24,000 bases of DNA. Origin: Schleiferiaceae bacterium (GTDB lineage Bacteria > Bacteroidota > Bacteroidia > Flavobacteriales > Schleiferiaceae). Positions 1 through 8,198 of the stretch are shown here, piece by piece. The translations under genes and the position numbers were made by a program. The stretch is taken from the NCBI GenBank assembly GCA_041739275.1, contig JBGSOF010000022.1, positions 27,313-51,312 on the forward strand. The letters run 5' to 3'. The first letter of the stretch is position 1, and each line of letters begins with the position of its first letter. The notes under the pieces were generated by a model. It ran no database searches. It worked only from the letters and a program-made list of their open reading frames with translations, and was not told the DNA's origin.

Positions 1-412
1 TCGAGCCAACATCAACTCAGCAGTCGCTCGGGCAATTCTGACGTTCCCATCGTCGAAAGGATGAAGGGTAACAAACCACAAATGGGCTATTGCGGCTTTC
101 AGTACCAAATCCAACTCATTTTCCTCTTCAAACCCTTGTAAGAATTGATTCATTTCAACTTCCAATCGATCCGAACTCGGAGCTTGAAAATGAACTTTTT
201 CTCTTCCCAAAAGACTCTCCTTCAATTTCGAACGACTTCAACACATCGAGGGTCAGGGTGCTCAGAACCGCTTCATCTTGCAATTCAAAGCCCAATGACT
301 CCATTTTGCCCAAAATCCGGCCATGGCGATTCCTCGCTTCCCCTAGTGCTTTCATTACGCGCCCCGATTCCCAAGTAAACTGGGGCCAATGAGGCTGATC
401 GTAGATACCGGT
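1..412 (-). pseudogene. Fic/DOC family protein remnant (DUF4172-type N-terminus), disrupted; the 3' end runs off the window
   Basis: The minus frame ending at nt 1 reads ...GREKVHFQAPSSDRLEVEMNQFLQGFEEENELDLVLKAAIAHLWFVTLHPFDDGNVRIARATAELMLAR. This is the Fic motif HxFx[DE]GNGRxxR with the second G changed to V. A different minus frame (412..155) reads IYDQPHWPQFTWESGRVMKALGEARNRHGRILGKMESLGFELQDEAVLSTLTLDVLKSFEIEGE, the usual N-terminal half. The halves are out of frame. EIEGE and HPF are only about 50 codons apart, whereas I recall a much longer spacing in this family. After the in-frame TAG at 413-415 the first start codon is the ATG at 355, downstream of conserved N-terminal residues. Confidence 0.6.
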
Positions 413-428
413 CTATTCCACGCATTTT

Positions 429-480
429 TTGCGGTGAATACACCCATTATTCACTGCGCAATCCCCCATTCACCGCAATG
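429..480. repeat. 11-bp perfect inverted repeat TTGCGGTGAAT / ATTCACCGCAA with an internal related direct copy
   Basis: TTGCGGTGAAT at 429-439 is the exact reverse complement of ATTCACCGCAA at 468-478. A third related copy, ATTCACTGCGCAA, lies at about 449-461, so CCCATT..TCAC(T/C)GC..CAAT occurs twice in direct orientation. The motif sits between the GT4 stop (555) and the Fic remnant 5' end (412). Confidence 0.45.
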
Positions 481-554
481 AACGCGTCGATTGTACCGAG
501 CCAAGATTCTATATCTCCCATGTAAACCATCAATTCCCAGACTCTGCTTTGAAC

Positions 555-1823
555 TTAACCCACCAGAATACGCAAATCGTCCAAGACAAATTGAGCCTGA
601 GCGTCGCGTCCAAAGGCCTTGCGCTGTTCGACTGAGGCTCCGTCAGATTCCAATAGCCGCAAAATCGATTGTGCCATAACTGCTGAGTCTCGATAGTCGC
701 AAAAGACCCCTGCCTCACTCTGACTCACGAGCACAGCGGCATCGCTCTCCACAGGACCGATCCCCAAAATCGGTCGGCCCGAAGCAATGTATTCAAAGAG
801 TTTTCCCGGTATTATTCCCTGATTCCCTGTCTGTTCGGGAATGAGCAAAAGCAAGACTTCGGCCGAAGACATTCTCAATACCGCCTCAGAATGAGGGATC
901 GGATTCTCAAACACCGCCGAGATTCCCGAATCTTCAATTTGCTTGCGGAGAAAAGCGTCACAAACACCGATTAAGCGAAGCAGCGGCGCTTGATCGCCCA
1001 AAGCGCGAAGCGTTTCAATCAAACCATCGAGCGTATAAATGCGGCTCATAGTCCCCAGATAGACCAATTCTGACTGTTTTTGAGCAGGCGAGTCTGCTGT
1101 CGCTACGTCAGCAAAATCTTCGGGATCGTAGCCATTGGTGAGCAGCCGCACGCTGGGACCCGCGCCTTTGCTCGCCAGTCGATGGAGCAGAGACGGGCTC
1201 GATGCGTACACGCGGTCGGCAGCTCTGAGAACCTTGGCCTCCATACTCGAATCAATCGAGCGAGCGAGAAATGCCGGCTTGAGTTCGGATGCGTAATAAA
1301 TATCGGTCCAAGGATCTCTAAAATCAGCGACCCACTTGATTTTCAATAACTTTTGGAGACGCAGCCCGATCAAATGTGTCGAATGCGGCGGCCCCGTGGT
1401 GATGCAGAGGTCGAAAGGGTCGATCGCGTTTAGCCGAAGAGCTTCTGCAATGGCAAAGCGATTCCAACCTCTGCGCGCATCGGGAAGAAACACGTTGCCC
1501 CTGACCCATTTGGCCATTTTTTGCCTGAACCCCGGTCGTTCGCTCTCGTTGGCAAAGCCCGAAAAAGGGATTTCTTTTCGACCTGTCCACTTCAAGTAGA
1601 GCGAAAACGGATCGAGATTGTCCGTTCGAAAAACCTCGACCCCCCGCTCTACTTTTCGTTCAAGCCCCGGGTCCTTGAGAGGGTATGCGGCCTGTGCGGC
1701 ATCGACGGTCAACACCGAAATCTCGGCACCCAATTTCTTCAAATATCGACTCAAACCGAGCCATCGTTGAACCCCCGGCCCCCCTGCAGGAGGCCAGTAA
1801 TAGGTAATCAGCAAGATCCTCAC
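555..1823 (-). CDS. Glycosyltransferase, GT4/GT1-fold family
   Basis: 422-aa ORF. The N-terminus MRILLITYYWPPAGGPGVQRW is typical of GT4 enzymes, and the C-terminal region has IIPGKLFEYIASGRPILGIG. The start is GTG at 1823, overlapping the upstream ORF stop (GTGA). Confidence 0.85.
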   Translation of the reverse strand: MRILLITYYWPPAGGPGVQRWLGLSRYLKKLGAEISVLTVDAAQAAYPLKDPGLERKVERGVEVFRTDNLDPFSLYLKWTGRKEIPFSGFANESERPGFRQKMAKWVRGNVFLPDARRGWNRFAIAEALRLNAIDPFDLCITTGPPHSTHLIGLRLQKLLKIKWVADFRDPWTDIYYASELKPAFLARSIDSSMEAKVLRAADRVYASSPSLLHRLASKGAGPSVRLLTNGYDPEDFADVATADSPAQKQSELVYLGTMSRIYTLDGLIETLRALGDQAPLLRLIGVCDAFLRKQIEDSGISAVFENPIPHSEAVLRMSSAEVLLLLIPEQTGNQGIIPGKLFEYIASGRPILGIGPVESDAAVLVSQSEAGVFCDYRDSAVMAQSILRLLESDGASVEQRKAFGRDAQAQFVLDDLRILVG

Positions 1824-2017
1824 GGAGTTTCGCCTTTAGACTCGTCGAGCTCTTCGAAGGGAATATAAGTGCCTACCGCCTTCGAGGGTCGGCTGAGATT
1901 TCCGGCATCAAAAGCTTGATTTTGAGAAGATCTTGAGGCTGCGGTGGTGGAAAACATCCTTCTGAGCCAAGAAACCAGCCAAAAGAACAAGAGGGCGAAA
2001 AAAGCGAAACGCATCAT
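1820..2017 (-). CDS. Small hypothetical membrane protein (65 aa), translationally coupled to the GT4 gene
   Basis: The ATG-ATG start is followed by a hydrophobic segment, FAFFALLFFWLVSWL, then a polar tail. Its stop overlaps the GT4 GTG start by 4 nt. I recognise no homology. Confidence 0.45.
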   Translation of the reverse strand: MMRFAFFALLFFWLVSWLRRMFSTTAASRSSQNQAFDAGNLSRPSKAVGTYIPFEELDESKGETP

Positions 2018-2050
2018 AAAAAAAGGGTTGCCGCAACGCGCGACAACCCC
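2018..2050 (-). terminator. Rho-independent terminator downstream of the T9SS cargo gene
   Basis: The minus strand reads GGGUUGUCGC-GCGUU-GCGGCAACCC, a 10-bp stem with one G-U pair, followed by a U7 run (plus-strand A-run 2018-2024). It lies 24 nt after the stop at 2074. Confidence 0.7.
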
Positions 2051-2073
2051 TGCAAATTAGAAACACTTCGGCT

Positions 2074-3996
2074 TTAGCGCAGCACGGTTACTGTGCCCGA
2101 ATGAAACTGAAGCCGGGTGTCGTAGTCTTTCAGATACACTTTGACGGCGTAAGTCCCCATCGGACATTCTTCGCCCGTATTGTTGATTTTTCCGTTCCAC
2201 GAAATTCGCGGGTCGTTGCTTTCAAACACTTTAACCCCGATTTTGGAGAAAACTTCGAGCTTGAATTCGCGCCAGTCCCCAATCGGATGGAATTGATATA
2301 CGTCATTCACCCCATCTGCATTCGGGCTAAAGGCATTGATCCAGCGCAGTGTAAGTGGGTCTTCGCAATCCACGCGCTCCACGCGAATCGTGTCTCTGTG
2401 GGTGCCGCAACTGTCGGTCAGCTCTACCCAATAATTGCCCGTTTTGCTAACGATAATGGTGTGTCCGGCATCGCCCGTGCTCCATTCAACATCGCCCTCT
2501 TCTTCAACAGTAAGAATGAGATACTGCCAAGAGCACAGGGTGGTATCCTTGCCCAAATCGAGCTCGGTGCCTTCGTTTTCGCCGATCACCACGGTATCTG
2601 AGGCAGGACAGCCATTTGAATAAGCCTGAACAAAATAGATGCCCGGGCTCAAAACGGTGAGATCAGTACTCGTCTCGCCCGTCGACCACAATACCGAATC
2701 AATGGGCACTGTAGACTGATATTGAAGCAAATAACTTCCACCTTTACACATCAGTCGGTCAGGGCCCAGCGAAACTTGATGGCTGAATTCGGTCATTTCG
2801 ATGGTGTCTGAGGCCGAACATCCATTCAGAAATACCTCTACCCAATAGGTCCCCGTGCTGGAAGCCACGAACAAAGGACCGGTCGATCCATCAGACCATC
2901 GAATTGAATCGGCCATTTCGACATATTCGAGCAAAGCGCTGTTGGGGATGCAAATCGAACGATCGGGGCCGAGATTCGGCTCAACGGGCGGAGTGAGCCA
3001 CGAAACGCGAACACTGTCGGTCGCAATGCACCCACCGGGCAAAATCGCCGTGAGCGAATACCAACCCGAATCGGGGTAGTTCAGAACAAGCGTATCGGCA
3101 ATCGAACCAGTCGACCACAAAAACGACTGTGCCGCAGCTGCAGTGCGCAAGACGATTTGATCGCTTGGGCAGGCAGTCGCTGTTTGACCAAGGCCGAGGC
3201 ATTGACATTCGCTGTACTGAGCGAGCGCTAGAGCGTCGGCACCGTCGAGTACTCTCGAGTAAATGCGCAAGTCGTCGACACTGCCGCGAAAGCCGTTGGA
3301 ACAAAATGCCCCTCCGCTGCCGAGAACTCCCCCGAGTACGAGTTGCGCGTTGGAGCTTGCGAGATCTCCCAAAATGCCTGAGCCGGCTAAAAGCGCGGTC
3401 GACTGGAGATTGCCATTGACATAAATCTTTACCCGATCGGCCCCATCGTTGCCCGAAGCGCTGCCGTCGAATGTAAAGAGCAAATGCGTCCATTGGGCGG
3501 GCGCCAGAACAGAGTTCGAACCGACCGTGCGATACTGCGTGGCCGCTCCGTTGCCCATGTAGCCGGTGAGCGCAGGAGCACCGCTCAGGCTGCGGAGCAA
3601 AAGCGAACGCTGATTCGAACCGCAGGGCGATTGCGAGAATTTGCTCAAAATAGCGGCGTCCGAATGCACAGAGTCGGGGCGTACCCAAAGCCCAATCGAA
3701 AATTGAACTCCGTTGCCCGAGAGTTGGTTGCCGAGGATGTTTCCGAATTTCAGATGAGCTCCCGTTCCGTCTAGAACGTAGGCTCGATCGGGGCAGCCGA
3801 AGCGATCGGGAGTCGTTGCCGCCCCGACCACCGTACCATTGACCCCACCCACATCGGCAGCAGCCGAGCCCTGATCGAAGCTCCAGTGCCCGACGAGTTG
3901 TTGGTTGAGGTTGGTTTGTGCCGCGGAAGAAATCGATCCCATCCCGCACGCGGCAAGCAGCAAGCGTGTGAAAATGTTGTCCATCTTTCCTTTCAT
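2074..3996 (-). CDS. Secreted LamG (concanavalin-A-like lectin) domain protein with four Cys-flanked WSTG repeats and a T9SS type-B C-terminal sorting domain
   Basis: 640 aa with an N-terminal signal-like segment LLLAACGMGSISSAAQ. The LamG-like region spans about aa 35-255 (WSFD..., LWVRPD, DDLRIYSRVL). Four repeats of about 60 aa fall in aa 276-542. The C-terminus INAFSPNADGVNDVYQF...SWNGK...GTYAVKV matches the gliding-motility/T9SS type-B CTD signature (FSPNGDGxND). Confidence 0.9.
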   Translation of the reverse strand: MKGKMDNIFTRLLLAACGMGSISSAAQTNLNQQLVGHWSFDQGSAAADVGGVNGTVVGAATTPDRFGCPDRAYVLDGTGAHLKFGNILGNQLSGNGVQFSIGLWVRPDSVHSDAAILSKFSQSPCGSNQRSLLLRSLSGAPALTGYMGNGAATQYRTVGSNSVLAPAQWTHLLFTFDGSASGNDGADRVKIYVNGNLQSTALLAGSGILGDLASSNAQLVLGGVLGSGGAFCSNGFRGSVDDLRIYSRVLDGADALALAQYSECQCLGLGQTATACPSDQIVLRTAAAAQSFLWSTGSIADTLVLNYPDSGWYSLTAILPGGCIATDSVRVSWLTPPVEPNLGPDRSICIPNSALLEYVEMADSIRWSDGSTGPLFVASSTGTYWVEVFLNGCSASDTIEMTEFSHQVSLGPDRLMCKGGSYLLQYQSTVPIDSVLWSTGETSTDLTVLSPGIYFVQAYSNGCPASDTVVIGENEGTELDLGKDTTLCSWQYLILTVEEEGDVEWSTGDAGHTIIVSKTGNYWVELTDSCGTHRDTIRVERVDCEDPLTLRWINAFSPNADGVNDVYQFHPIGDWREFKLEVFSKIGVKVFESNDPRISWNGKINNTGEECPMGTYAVKVYLKDYDTRLQFHSGTVTVLR

Positions 3997-4012
3997 TGTG
4001 TTGGTTGTGAAG

Positions 4013-4020
4013 CAAAGATA
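4013..4020 (-). promoter_or_regulatory. Candidate Bacteroidota -7 promoter box TATCTTTG (TAnnTTTG) for the T9SS cargo gene
   Basis: The minus strand reads TATCTTTG, 16 nt upstream of the ATG at 3996. It exactly matches the TAnnTTTG consensus and lies in an AT-rich spacer. Confidence 0.4.
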
Positions 4021-4066
4021 TATAAGTTCTAATATAATCCCTTCAAAAATTTAATACTTGACTCAA

Positions 4067-4088
4067 TAAAAAAAGCCGATTACTCGGC
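4067..4088 (-). terminator. Rho-independent terminator downstream of carB
   Basis: The minus strand reads AGCCGA-GUAA-UCGGCU, a 6-bp stem, followed by a U run (plus-strand A-run 4067-4073). It lies about 27 nt after the carB stop at 4115. Confidence 0.6.
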
Positions 4089-4114
4089 TTTAGCTTTAAA
4101 AGACTTGTATTTTC

Positions 4115-6961
4115 TTACTTACTCAAGTACAGATTTCGCTCTGCATAGAGTTTTTTGAAAATAGGGTCTTTCAAATTAGGGATGAAAAAGATCGCTTCTC
4201 CCGTTGATTTCATCTCCGGTCCGAGTGCCTTACTGACATCAGGGAACTTATTGAAAGAAAATACTGGACTTTTTATTGCAAACCCCTCGAGTTTTGGGTT
4301 GAATTCAAAATCAGAGAGTTTGTTGGCCCCCAGCATGAGTCGGGTGGCGTAGTTCACATAAGGTTCTCCATAGGCCTTGGCAATAAACGGCACGGTGCGC
4401 GATGCCCTCGGATTGGCTTCGATGATGTACACCACGTCGTCTTTGATGGCGAATTGTATGTTGATCAAGCCCACCGTGCCGAGCGCCTTGGCAATGGTCT
4501 CGGTGTGATCTCGTATTTGTTGAATGATGAGTTCGCCCAAGTTGAAAGGCGGCAAGGTGGCGTTCGAATCGCCCGAGTGAATTCCGCAAGGCTCGATGTG
4601 CTCCATAATGCCGATGATGTAGACCGACTCGCCGTCGGAAATAGCGTCGGCCTCGGCTTCGATGGCACCGTCGAGGTAGTGATCGAGCAGCACTCGGTTG
4701 CCCGGTATGTCCTTGAACAAGTTGACTACGTGGTGTTCGAGCTCTTCGTGGTTGATGACAATCTTCATCCCCTGCCCTCCGAGCACATAACTCGGGCGAA
4801 CCAGCATGGGGAAACCGAGCTGCTGCGCAAGATCTCGCGCTTCGTCGGCATTGGTAATCACCCCAAATTCGGGATAGGGGATGCCGTGTTCCTTGAGCAA
4901 GGTGGAAAAACGACCGCGGTCTTCGGCCAAATCGAGTGAGCGAAAGCTCGTGCCCAAAATCGGAATTCCGTATCGATCGAGTTTTTCGGCCAACTTGAGC
5001 GCGGTTTGTCCGCCCAATTGCACAATCACTCCAATCGGCTGCTCGTGGCGGATGATGTCGTAAATGTGTTCCCAAAACACGGGCTCGAAGTAGAGCTTGT
5101 CGGCGGTATCGAAGTCGGTTGAAACCGTTTCGGGATTGCAATTGATCATAATGGTCTCGTAGCCGCACTCGCGCGCTGCCAACACCCCGTGTACACAGCA
5201 GTAGTCGAACTCGATGCCCTGACCGATTCGGTTCGGGCCCGAGCCCAAAACCACCACCTTGGGCCTTTCGCTGCGAACGCTCTCATTCTCGGCCGCGAGT
5301 TGCCCCGGCATGCCCGACAAGCTTTCGAAGCTCGAGTAGTAATAAGGTGTCGCGGCGGGGAATTCGGCTGCGCATGTGTCGACGATCTTCCACACCCTTT
5401 CAATTCCCTCGTCTACGCGCCTGCGGTGGACTTCGCTCTCGAGGCAACCCAGCATATGCGCAATCTGCCGATCGGCAAAGCCCTTGCTCTTGGCTTCGCG
5501 CAACAATTCGGCGGGGATCTCTTCGAGAGAGTAAGCCTCGATGCGCACTTGCACCTCGACCAAGTCTTTGATTTGCTTCAAGAACCAAGGGTCGATGCCG
5601 GTCAACTCGGCGATGCGTCGAATCGGAATCCCCAGCTGGAGGGCGTCATAGATCACAAAAACCCGATCCCAGCTGGCATAGGTCAGCTTTTTGACCACCA
5701 AGTCTTGATCGGTCAAGCCCTTGCCATCGGCACCGAGACCGTTTCTCTTGACTTCGAGCGATTGAGCGGCTTTGTGAAGCGCCTCTTGAAAACTGCGGCC
5801 GATGCCCATCACCTCTCCGACCGACTTCATCTGCAGACCCAAACGACGGTCGGTTCCCTCGAATTTGTCGAAGTTCCAGCGGGGTATTTTAACGATGACA
5901 TAATCGAGGGTCGGCTCAAAAAAGGCTGAGGTAGAACCGGTGATCGAGTTGCGCAGTTCGTCGAGTCGATAACCGATGGCCAGTTTTGCCGCGATTTTGG
6001 CGATGGGATAGCCCGTGGCCTTGCTCGCGAGCGCGGACGATCGAGAAACCCTCGGGTTGATCTCGATGGCGACGATTTCCTCTTTTTCGTCGGGGCTCAA
6101 GGCAAACTGCACATTGCAGCCTCCCGCAAAATTCCCGATCGAGCGCATCATCAAAATAGCCAGATCGCGCATTCTCTGATAGGCCGTATCGCTCAAAGTC
6201 ATGGCGGGAGCCACGGTAATTGAATCGCCCGTGTGGATCCCCATCGGATCCATGTTCTCGATAGAACAGACGATCATGACGTTGTCGGCCGAGTCGCGGA
6301 GGAGCTCGAGCTCGAATTCTTTCCAACCCATCAGGGCCTTGTCGATCAGCACCTCGTGTATGGGCGATGCCTCCAGACCCCGTTTGAGCAAAAGGTCGAA
6401 GTCTTCTTTTTGATATACGATCGAAGCACCCGAGCCTCCAAGGGTAAACGAAGGTCTGATGCAGAGCGGGAAACCAAATTCTTGGGCGATCTCTTTTCCT
6501 TTCAGGTAAGAAGTGGCTGTGCGGCTGGGCGCAACTCCAACTTCGAGGCGCTCCATCAATTGCCGAAACTGCTCGCGGTCTTCGGTCAGATTGATCGCCG
6601 CAATATCGACCCCGATAATTCGCACCCCATGTGCTTCCCAGATGCCCATTTTATCGCACTCGATGCACAAGTTCAGGGCAGTTTGCCCCCCCATGGTCGG
6701 CAGAACGGCATCGATTTGACGCTCTTCGAGAATCGTCTCGATCGACTCGGGGGTGAGCGGCAACAGATAAATGTGCTCGGCCATGACGGGGTCGGTCATG
6801 ATGGTCGCCGGATTGCTGTTGATGAGCGATACCTCGATACCTTCTTCGCGCAGCGATCGAGCTGCTTGAGATCCGCTGTAGTCGAATTCGCAGGCCTGAC
6901 CGATGACGATGGGCCCGCTCCCGATGATGAGGACGGAGCGTATGGAGCTGTCTTTGGGCAT
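4115..6961 (-). CDS. carB: Carbamoyl-phosphate synthase large subunit
   Basis: 948 aa. The N-terminus IRSVLIIGSGPIVIGQACEFDYSGSQAARSLREEGIEVSLINSNPATIMTD matches CarB. The second ATP-grasp half begins KVVVLGSGPNRIGQGIEFDYCCVH. The duplicated CPSase architecture is unmistakable. Confidence 0.97.
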   Translation of the reverse strand: MPKDSSIRSVLIIGSGPIVIGQACEFDYSGSQAARSLREEGIEVSLINSNPATIMTDPVMAEHIYLLPLTPESIETILEERQIDAVLPTMGGQTALNLCIECDKMGIWEAHGVRIIGVDIAAINLTEDREQFRQLMERLEVGVAPSRTATSYLKGKEIAQEFGFPLCIRPSFTLGGSGASIVYQKEDFDLLLKRGLEASPIHEVLIDKALMGWKEFELELLRDSADNVMIVCSIENMDPMGIHTGDSITVAPAMTLSDTAYQRMRDLAILMMRSIGNFAGGCNVQFALSPDEKEEIVAIEINPRVSRSSALASKATGYPIAKIAAKLAIGYRLDELRNSITGSTSAFFEPTLDYVIVKIPRWNFDKFEGTDRRLGLQMKSVGEVMGIGRSFQEALHKAAQSLEVKRNGLGADGKGLTDQDLVVKKLTYASWDRVFVIYDALQLGIPIRRIAELTGIDPWFLKQIKDLVEVQVRIEAYSLEEIPAELLREAKSKGFADRQIAHMLGCLESEVHRRRVDEGIERVWKIVDTCAAEFPAATPYYYSSFESLSGMPGQLAAENESVRSERPKVVVLGSGPNRIGQGIEFDYCCVHGVLAARECGYETIMINCNPETVSTDFDTADKLYFEPVFWEHIYDIIRHEQPIGVIVQLGGQTALKLAEKLDRYGIPILGTSFRSLDLAEDRGRFSTLLKEHGIPYPEFGVITNADEARDLAQQLGFPMLVRPSYVLGGQGMKIVINHEELEHHVVNLFKDIPGNRVLLDHYLDGAIEAEADAISDGESVYIIGIMEHIEPCGIHSGDSNATLPPFNLGELIIQQIRDHTETIAKALGTVGLINIQFAIKDDVVYIIEANPRASRTVPFIAKAYGEPYVNYATRLMLGANKLSDFEFNPKLEGFAIKSPVFSFNKFPDVSKALGPEMKSTGEAIFFIPNLKDPIFKKLYAERNLYLSK

Positions 6962-7057
6962 ATTAAATGGAGTCTACTGTCGAGGTTGGGAGGTGAGGAG
7001 CAAGATTTTCAGCAGAAGATCAAAAGAACTCGAGCAGGACTTTGCTCGCAAATGGGC

Positions 7058-7086
7058 AAAAAAAAGGTGTCGCCGGGGGCAACACC
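7058..7086 (-). terminator. Rho-independent terminator downstream of rpmH
   Basis: The minus strand reads GGUGUUGCC-CCC-GGCGACACC, a 9-bp stem with one G-U pair, followed by U8 (plus-strand A-run 7058-7065). It lies 33 nt after the rpmH stop. Confidence 0.75.
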
Positions 7087-7119
7087 TATTTCAAATCGTT
7101 CTCGGGCGCAAACCGCAAA

Positions 7120-7278
7120 TCAACCCTTGTGTTTGGCTTCGTCGGAAACCGTAAGACGGGCGCGTCCGCGCGCACGGCGGGCTGCCAAAACGCGACGGCC
7201 GTTGGGCGTAGACATACGCTCGCGGAAACCGTGTTTGTTGCGGCGCTTGCGGTTCGAGGGTTGGAATGTCCTTTTCAT
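7120..7278 (-). CDS. rpmH: 50S ribosomal protein L34
   Basis: This gene is absent from the ORF track because it is under 60 aa. Hand translation of the minus strand gives [52 protein letters not shown] (52 aa), the canonical L34 sequence. The ATG is at 7278-7276 and the TGA at 7122-7120. Confidence 0.95.
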   Translation of the reverse strand: MKRTFQPSNRKRRNKHGFRERMSTPNGRRVLAARRARGRARLTVSDEAKHKG

Positions 7279-7349
7279 AATCTGGTCGGCCTTGGGCGGT
7301 GTGTACTTTTTACCTTGGTCTTGAGGTCGTAGCCCTCTAAAACGGGCTG

Positions 7350-7357
7350 CAAATATA
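7350..7357 (-). promoter_or_regulatory. Candidate -7 promoter box TATATTTG (TAnnTTTG) upstream of rpmH
   Basis: The minus strand has an exact TAnnTTTG match 71 nt upstream of the rpmH ATG, within the divergent intergenic region shared with the SDR gene. Confidence 0.3.
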
Positions 7358-7415
7358 ATTAAAGAATCCTCAAATTCGCCAAAATCGAATTCAACACCCC
7401 CCTAATTCTACGGCT

Positions 7416-8198
7416 ATGATTTTCAGCATGAATGGGAAGAAAATTTGGATTACCGGCGCATCCTCAGGCATCGGACGTGCACTGGCCATCGAAGCCTCTC
7501 GGGCCGGAGCCGTCTTGCTGCTCAGCGGACGGAACATTGCGGCACTCGAAGAAACCCGCTCGCTCTGCGCCCGAACCGAAAGCGTTGCGTTGTTGCCCTT
7601 CGATTTGTCTGAAACCGAAAGTATTCAAACCGTTGTGAATCAGGCTCAAAGCCTTATGGGCACCCTGGACTTGGTGGTGGCGAATGCAGGCATTGGGCAA
7701 TGGGGCAGCGCTTTGGAAACTTTAGACGAGGTAGAAGCAAATTTGTTCAAGGTCAATTTTGAAGCAGTTCGATTGATGTTGAAGTCGTACGCCCGAGCCT
7801 GTGCACAAACAGGACAGCCGGGTCATTTTATGGCGATCGGAAGCATCGCGGCTAAGTTTGGCCAGGCGCGCTTGGCTGCTTATTCTGCCTCAAAAGCGGC
7901 TTTAACGCGCTATCTCGAGAGCTTTTGGCGAGAGAGCCGCGGGTCTTCGTTCAAGTTGCAATTGCTCCATCCCGGCATGGTGCAAACCGAAATCATGAAA
8001 CACAGTTTAGGCCCCGACGGCCTTGTTCTTCCCCAACATAAAGAACACAAAGGGATGTCTCCCAATCGCTTTGCACGCGCATTTTTTCGCTTTGCCGCAA
8101 GCAATGCGTTCGAAGGGTACATCGGTGGCTCGGAACTGCTGGCCGTACCTTTTCACGCCCTTTTTCCGAGGCTTTTTTATCGAATTCTAGGCAAATGA
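7416..8198 (+). CDS. Short-chain dehydrogenase/reductase (SDR) family oxidoreductase
   Basis: The protein has the cofactor motif ITGASSGIGRA (TGxxxGxG), NAG in VANAGIG, and the catalytic motif YSASKAAL (YxxxK). The alternative start M5 is at 7428. The stop overlaps the acpH ATG (ATGA). Confidence 0.9.
   Translation: MIFSMNGKKIWITGASSGIGRALAIEASRAGAVLLLSGRNIAALEETRSLCARTESVALLPFDLSETESIQTVVNQAQSLMGTLDLVVANAGIGQWGSALETLDEVEANLFKVNFEAVRLMLKSYARACAQTGQPGHFMAIGSIAAKFGQARLAAYSASKAALTRYLESFWRESRGSSFKLQLLHPGMVQTEIMKHSLGPDGLVLPQHKEHKGMSPNRFARAFFRFAASNAFEGYIGGSELLAVPFHALFPRLFYRILGK

Noticed and set aside
90-392. 100-aa and 77-aa plus-strand ORFs at the left edge
   Set aside because: They run antisense to clearly Fic-homologous sequence on the minus strand and have no motifs of their own.
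2981-4015. 344-aa minus-strand ORF overlapping the T9SS cargo gene in another frame
   Set aside because: The translation is Arg/Ser/Gly-rich and low in complexity, with no motifs. The overlapping 640-aa frame has a signal peptide, a LamG region and a T9SS CTD signature.
4311-5929. 285-aa minus-strand (alternate frame) and 246-aa plus-strand ORFs inside carB
   Set aside because: Both are entirely nested in the carB coding region. Their Arg- and His-rich sequences have no recognisable domains.
6233-7324. 363-aa plus-strand ORF
   Set aside because: It runs antisense to carB and rpmH, both unambiguous. It is an open-frame artefact typical of GC-biased third positions.
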